Part shown: in pieces, positions 58,743 through 64,000 of the stretch
Layout: the number at the start of each line of letters is the position of its first letter
How positions within the stretch are numbered: position 1 is the first letter of the stretch
From: Dictyostelium discoideum
Lineage: Eukaryota
Reading direction: 5' to 3'
Length of the DNA: 64,000 bases
Assembly: GCA_000004695.1 (NCBI GenBank)
Contig: CM000153.2
Span: 4,384,001 to 4,448,000, forward strand
Translations under genes and position numbers: made by a program
The notes under the pieces: generated by a model
The model's database searches: none
Told to the model about the DNA's origin: nothing
What the model saw: the letters and a program-made list of their open reading frames with translations, nothing else

Positions 58743-58954
58743 CTCATTAAATCAAGATTCACAAAAATTATTTGTAAATAATAATTTTATTTCAATTTTC
58801 GATTTTTTTTTTTAAAAACAAAAATACTAAAAAACTATCACCATTTTTTACAAATACTCCCCCCCACTACCCACAAACCATTTTATTTCACTCGCGTATA
58901 CGAATAAATTTCTTTTATTAAAAAAACTACCCCAATAAATATAAATTGCATTAA

Positions 58955-58995
<41 letters not shown>

Positions 58996-59399
58996 GTAAT
59001 TAAAATAAACAAATTTTAATAAAACATTTTTTAAATATATACGATTTTTTTTTTCTTTTTTTGATTTTTTTTTTTTTTTTTTTTTTAGTAAATATGCCTT
59101 TTTACTAATACTAATTATATTTTTAATTTTCTATTTTTTTTTAAAATTATTTTAGTAAATTATAATTAAAAAACAATAACAAGTAAAAACTTTAAAATAA
59201 AATAATAAAATAATAAAATAAAATTAAATATAATCTCAAAAAAATTAAATTCCATAAATAAAGCAATAATAGTTATTTATTGATTAAAAATTAAAAAATA
59301 AAAAAAACCAATATTTATTTAAAACAATAATAATAAAAATAATTGTAATTATATATATAAATTAAAATATATATAATTTAATAATATATAGTATCATTA

Positions 59400-60466
59400 A
59401 TGGAAGTATCAACAGAAATTTTGTATAATAATAATAACAATAATATTATCAACCCAAATTTAATAAATAATGATAATGATAATAATAATAAAAATAAAGA
59501 TGAAAATTGGGTGAAAATTGATCAATCTGAAGCACCAAATAAATTTATTCAATATGTTGATGAAGCATCTAAACAGGATCAAGTATGTAAATCTTTTAAT
59601 TTTTTTTTTTTTTTTCCAAAACACTTTAATCTAATATTTTTTTTTTTGATTATTTTTTTTTTTTTTAAATAGATTATAGCTCATACAAGATATTCAACTA
59701 GACAATTATATTTACAACCAGGTCAAAAAGTAATGGATTGCGGTTGTGGAGCTGGAAAAGATTTAGGAAGATTAGAATCAATGGTCGAAGGTAATGGTAT
59801 CGTTGTTGGTATGGATATTTCGAGAGAAATGGTTGAATGTGCTAAAAGTAGAATGTCACATTTACCAAATGTTAAAATCTTTATTGGTGATGCTTCTCGT
59901 ATTCCAATAGATGATAATTATTTCGATGCGTATGTGTTTATTTTTTTTTTTTTAAAAAAAAAAAAAATTATTTTTTTATTAATTTATTTATTTTAAAATT
60001 TAGAATTAGATGTGAAAGATTATTACAACATGTAATTAATCCAGATTTAGTAATTAGTGAAATGACAAGAGTAATAAAAAGTGGTGGTAGAATCGTTATA
60101 ACCGATGCAGACTGGTCATCAACATCTGTATCAATTCCAAAGAATATTGAAGAGATTAATAAAAAGATATTAAACGATGTTGTATTTAATGCTCATCCAA
60201 CTATTGGCTTACATCTTAGAGGAAGAATGGCAAAGAATCCACAATTGGAAAATTTGGAAATATTCGCACAATGTTTATATACCGATAGTTTAGCAATGGC
60301 CGATGAATTCGTTTGGTTAGGTGAAAGAGGTAAAATGGCATGTGCTCAAAAATTAATCACCGAAGATGAATTTAATTTCTGGAGAGAAACCTTGGAAAGA
60401 ATGGACGAAGAAGGTAGTTTTGTTTTCACTATGAATATTTTTACTGTTAGTGCTTCTAAAAAGTAA
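59400..60466 (+). CDS. Class I SAM-dependent methyltransferase (Methyltransf_11/UbiE-like). Three exons: join(59400..59582,59673..59929,60004..60466).
   Basis: Exon 1 encodes MEVSTEILYNN...FIQYVDEASKQDQ, with donor GTATGT at 59583 and acceptor AAATAG ending at 59672. Exon 2 encodes IIAHTRYSTRQLYLQPGQKVMDCGCGAGKDLGRLESMVEGNGIVVGMDISREMVECAKSRM...IPIDDNYFD (motif I VxDxGxGxG, then post-I acidic D). Donor GC|GTATGT lies at 59930 and acceptor TTTAG ends at 60003. Exon 3 encodes IRCERLLQHV...SGGRIVITD (motifs II/III). Splice phases were checked by hand. Confidence 0.75.
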
Positions 60467-62181
60467 ATCACAAAAAAAAAAAAAATTTATAAAAAAAAAC
60501 AAAAAACAAACACCAAAAAAAAAAAACATAATGATGATAATATAACACTAATACACTAAAAAAAACCCCTCAAAATACGCACGCATTACTTTTTTTTCAC
60601 AAAAAAAAAAAAAATTAAAACACAAATAATAATAAAATTTAAATGTAACTTTTGTTTTTTTTTTTTTAAAAAGAAATTTAAATGTGTCAACTTTATTCAT
60701 TAATTTTAATAAAAAGAAAAATAAAAATCTGTTTTGTTTAAGAAAAGAAAAAAATGAATTAAATTAGTATTAATGATTTTTTTTTTTTGAATATCTTTTT
60801 TTTTTTTTTTTTTGAAAAATATTTGGACAATAATGTTGTTTAAAGTAACTCAGAGACAATAAATGATCGATCAAAGCTAGAGACGAGAACACAAATGATG
60901 TCTGCTAGTTCATACGCAAATTACGTTCATCACTGGAACTGAAAACAACATGTCGACACTGTCTCTTGAAAGTAAATATTTTTTTTACATACCTCAAATA
61001 ATTATTTAAACAAGAGCAGAAATGGAAAGCTAGCTAGACGAAAGGACAATAATAAACTGGAGAAAGAAAAATAATAAAAATAAAAAGAATGTTAAATTAA
61101 TAATTGAACTTTTTTTTATAAAAAATTATTATTTTTATTATTATTTTTTTTAATTGATTTATCAATGTTGCTTCAGATGTTAGTTTAGGTAGCTTGGGTT
61201 TTTCAACAGGTCAACGTTCTAACAAATGCCATTTTTTTCATCACAACAACACTTTGGTCAAATTTTTTTTTTTTATTTTTTTTTCGTTTTTTTTTTTTTA
61301 CACTTACTCTCAAAATTATAAAGTTGATGAAAAAAAAAAATAGAATAAAAAAAAAAATCATGTTTTTATACTTTAAAAAAAAAAAAAAAAAAAAAAATTT
61401 AAAAAAAAAAAAAATTACTTTTTTTTTTTTTTGATTCGGTTTTATCGAGTCACGTGACTTGTTCTATACTTTTCAAAAAAATTAATGGGAGTTTACATTT
61501 ATTATTTATAAATTATTTATTTTAAGATATATTATCGATTTAAATAAAAAAAGTTGATATAATAAATTTTTTTTTTTTTTTTTTTTTTTTTTCTTTTTTC
61601 TTTTCTCTATAATTTTTAAATCTCTTATTAATAATTTTTATTTTTTTTTTTCTTTGATTTATTTTCCCTTTTTTTTTTTTATTTCTTTTCTACTCTTTTT
61701 AAAATTTTTTTTTTTTTTTTTTATTATTTATTTTATTTATTTATTTTTTTTATTTATTTTATTTTTTTTTTCTTATTTATTTTGGGATAAACCAATTATT
61801 CTTTTATTCATGAATTATTTTCCTTAATTAAATTTTTTTATTTTTTTTTTTTTTTTTTTGTTTTTTATTTTTAATTTTTTTTTTATTTTTTTATTATTTT
61901 TTTTTTTTTTTCATTTTTCACTTTTCGTCAGTACATCGTTTTTTTTATTTTATTTTTATATTACAACCTTTTTTTAATTATTGATTTGTTTTTAATACGC
62001 ACCTATAAATTCATTCACATAAATAATCTTACTTCATAGTATAATAGATAAATAAAAAATAAAATAAAATAAAAATAAAAATAAAAATATAATAAAAAAA
62101 AAAAAAAAAAAAAAAATAAATAAATAAATAAATAAAAAAAAAAATAAATAAATAAACAAATATATATAAATAAATATAAAA

Positions 62182-63499
62182 ATGTCATCAAAAAGAGGAA
62201 ATAGAGTAGTTTCAAGAGGTAGAGGTGGAAGAGGTAGAGGAGGTGGTAGGGAAACCACTAGAAGACATGTTAATATAAGAAGTGGAGGTGGTGATGCTAT
62301 GGGTGATGATGGTAATTACCCAAGAATATGTATAAGTAATTTACCAAGAACAGTAGATAGATCAGATTTAATGGAATTTTTAAAATCAAAATCATATCAA
62401 CCAAATTTAAATTTTAGAGGTGTATGTGGAGAGAAAAAAAAAAAAAAAAAAATAATATTCAGATACTAATTTTATTATTATTTTTATTATTGTTATAGTA
62501 TGAGTTTAAAAATACCAAACTTTTTTTAGGTGTTGAAGGTTCAGATAATATACCAGCATTAGTAGCATTAACAGGTATAAGATATGGAGGTGTAAAAGTA
62601 AGTTAATAGTTATTTGTTTTTTTTTTTTCACTCTTTAAACATTTTTATTAACTAAACTATTTATATTATAGCTCTTAGTTTCACAAGAAGATTCAAATTC
62701 AGTTAATACTAGAGTTGTTTTTAATGGTAATAAAGGAAATTCTCAAAAACAATTTAAAGATAGTCAAAACAAACTTTCAGCATCCAGACAATTAAAACAT
62801 ATAGAAGAACACATCACCAACACGTACACAAATAGCCCAAATAAAGAAGTTATAGATTTTTCATATTTACATTCAACCAAAGAATTGGACTTTAACGATA
62901 GCAAAACATTAAGACAAGTATTTCGTTTAATCTCTGAAAAATGTGAAAAGGTATACATCATCTATCAAATCTAGTATTTATATTCTCACCATTTGTTATC
63001 CATGCATTTGTTTTTTTTTTTTTTTTTTAAAAAAACTCTTCAATTGATCTAGTTATTCAAATCAATCAATCAACCAAATCAATCACAATCACATAATCAC
63101 AATTAAGAGGGGGGCAGAGGTGGTCAATATCACATATGTTTATTTTTTGACATAGTATTGGTGGTGGTGGTGATGATGATGATGATGATGAATGTTTGGT
63201 AGATGAATGGATGAGTGCCAATCAATCATTTTGCAAACCCAAGAGGGTGGTTAGTTTATGTTTTTCACACATAAAAACATAAAATTACAAACATCAATAT
63301 GTTCCGTTTTTACTAGTTTTACTTTGTGTTTTACATTGTTTAACAAACGACACTACAATCTTGGGTTTAGTGATTTTCCAACACACTACTTTTCAATCAA
63401 AATACCATTTTTTTTTTTTTTACCTTCAAATATAGTAACAGATAAGATAGAATCTTAAAATAATTAATAACAACCATCATAATATAAAACTAACATTTC

Positions 63500-63543
<44 letters not shown>

Positions 63544-64000
63544 ATCAAATTTTCTCATATATTTTCAAACAATAATAATTATTTATAACAATGACAACAA
63601 TAATCAATCATTCATTTAAATCAACTAATCATATTCAAATTTATATGATTTCAATATTATTTATTTGTTTGCTTGCTTATTGTTTGTATTTGTTGGTTTG
63701 TTTTTGATATTACTAATCCCATTTCTTTATAATTATTACTATTTACTCCTTTCTCTATCATTATTTTTTTTTTTTTTATTTTTTTCTTTCTCTATATATA
63801 TTTTTAATTATAGGCGATCACAGTGTCATTTTCACATAATAATATTAATTCATTATCATCATTCAAATTGATGATTAGGTTTTCATTGGATCATGTTATA
63901 AATTTTAATTTTGATTCAAATAAAATCTCTGATGTAAATGAATTGGATAGTCTTACTGATTTATCTTTAAGAGAATTAGTTTTTACAAATAATCCAATTG
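62182..64000 (+). CDS. NXF/TAP (Mex67)-like nuclear mRNA export factor, 5' part; the CDS continues past the window end. Exons are approximately join(62182..62421,62499..62597,62662..62950,63814..>64000).
   Basis: Exon 1 encodes MSSKRGNRVVSRGRGGRGRGGG...RICISNLPRTVDRSDLMEFLKSKSYQPNLNFRG (an RGG box plus an RNP-like region), with donor GTATGT at 62422. Exon 2 encodes YEFKNTKLFLGVEGSDNIPALVALTGIRYGGVK (compare human NXF1 [26 protein letters not shown]), with donor GTAAGT at 62598. Exon 3 encodes LLVSQEDSNSVNTRVVFNG...VIDFSYLHSTKELDFNDSKTLRQVFRLISEKCEK, with donor GTATAC. Exon 4 encodes the leucine-rich repeats ...LDHVINFNFDSNKISDVNELDSLTDLSLRELVFTNNPI.... The interior length of exon 3 did not reconcile to a multiple of 3 in my indexing, so its boundaries and phase need checking. 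Intron 3 is unusually long (~860 nt). Confidence 0.5.

Noticed and set aside
59983-60003. Whether intron 2 of the methyltransferase gene (GC|GTATGT ... TTTAG) could instead be read through
   Set aside because: Read-through gives a stop (GCG TAT GTG TTT ATT TTT ... TAA region). The spliced form restores the motif II/III frame and the ORF 60062.. frame exactly.
60885-60950. Box C/D snoRNA (TGATGT ... CTGA)
   Set aside because: The motifs are only ~45 nt apart and there is no complementary terminal stem flanking them. It is kept only as a generic ncRNA candidate in the findings.

Overview
This window is eukaryotic nuclear DNA with every hallmark of a dictyostelid social amoeba (Dictyostelium discoideum-like). 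It is not a prokaryotic locus, and it contains no CRISPR array, restriction-modification, toxin-antitoxin or phage-defence style system. The sequence-level evidence is as follows. AT content is extreme (~75-80%) and intergenic DNA is almost pure poly(A)/poly(T). Introns are short GT(A/T)(A/T)GT...(T)nAG introns. Coding regions carry long (AAT)n, (CAA)n and (CAACAT)n tracts that encode polyN, polyQ and HQ repeats. A Dictyostelium-specific FNIP-repeat gene is present. I can support about 22 protein-coding genes, many of them spliced; I worked out the exon structure by hand from the six-frame ORF track plus the splice signals. Recognisable products are: a Kelch-repeat protein (partial), a free-Met-R-sulfoxide-reductase/GAF-domain protein, an NmrA-like reductase, a BTB/POZ protein, ribosomal protein L34e, a JmjC oxygenase, the U2AF large subunit, a TPR protein, mitochondrial EF-Ts, a TMX2-like thioredoxin membrane protein, RAD23, SMC4 (condensin), a haspin-like atypical kinase, an FNIP-repeat protein, a bZIP transcription factor, a class I SAM methyltransferase, and an NXF/TAP-like mRNA export factor (partial). 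Several low-complexity Q/N-rich proteins are also present, including one with a C-terminal WH2-C-A-like tail and one fused to an alpha-crystallin (small HSP) domain. No tRNA, rRNA or snRNA gene was found. Three gene-poor AT-rich deserts (12.4-16.7 kb, 45.4-50.4 kb, 55.4-59.4 kb) contain minisatellites, a degenerate tandem repeat, a few GC-richer islands that could be ncRNA or regulatory, and several G/C-homopolymer patches that look like low-quality assembly sequence. Every coordinate comes from manual indexing and could be off by a few bases. Family assignments rest on remembered motifs and were not checked against any database.
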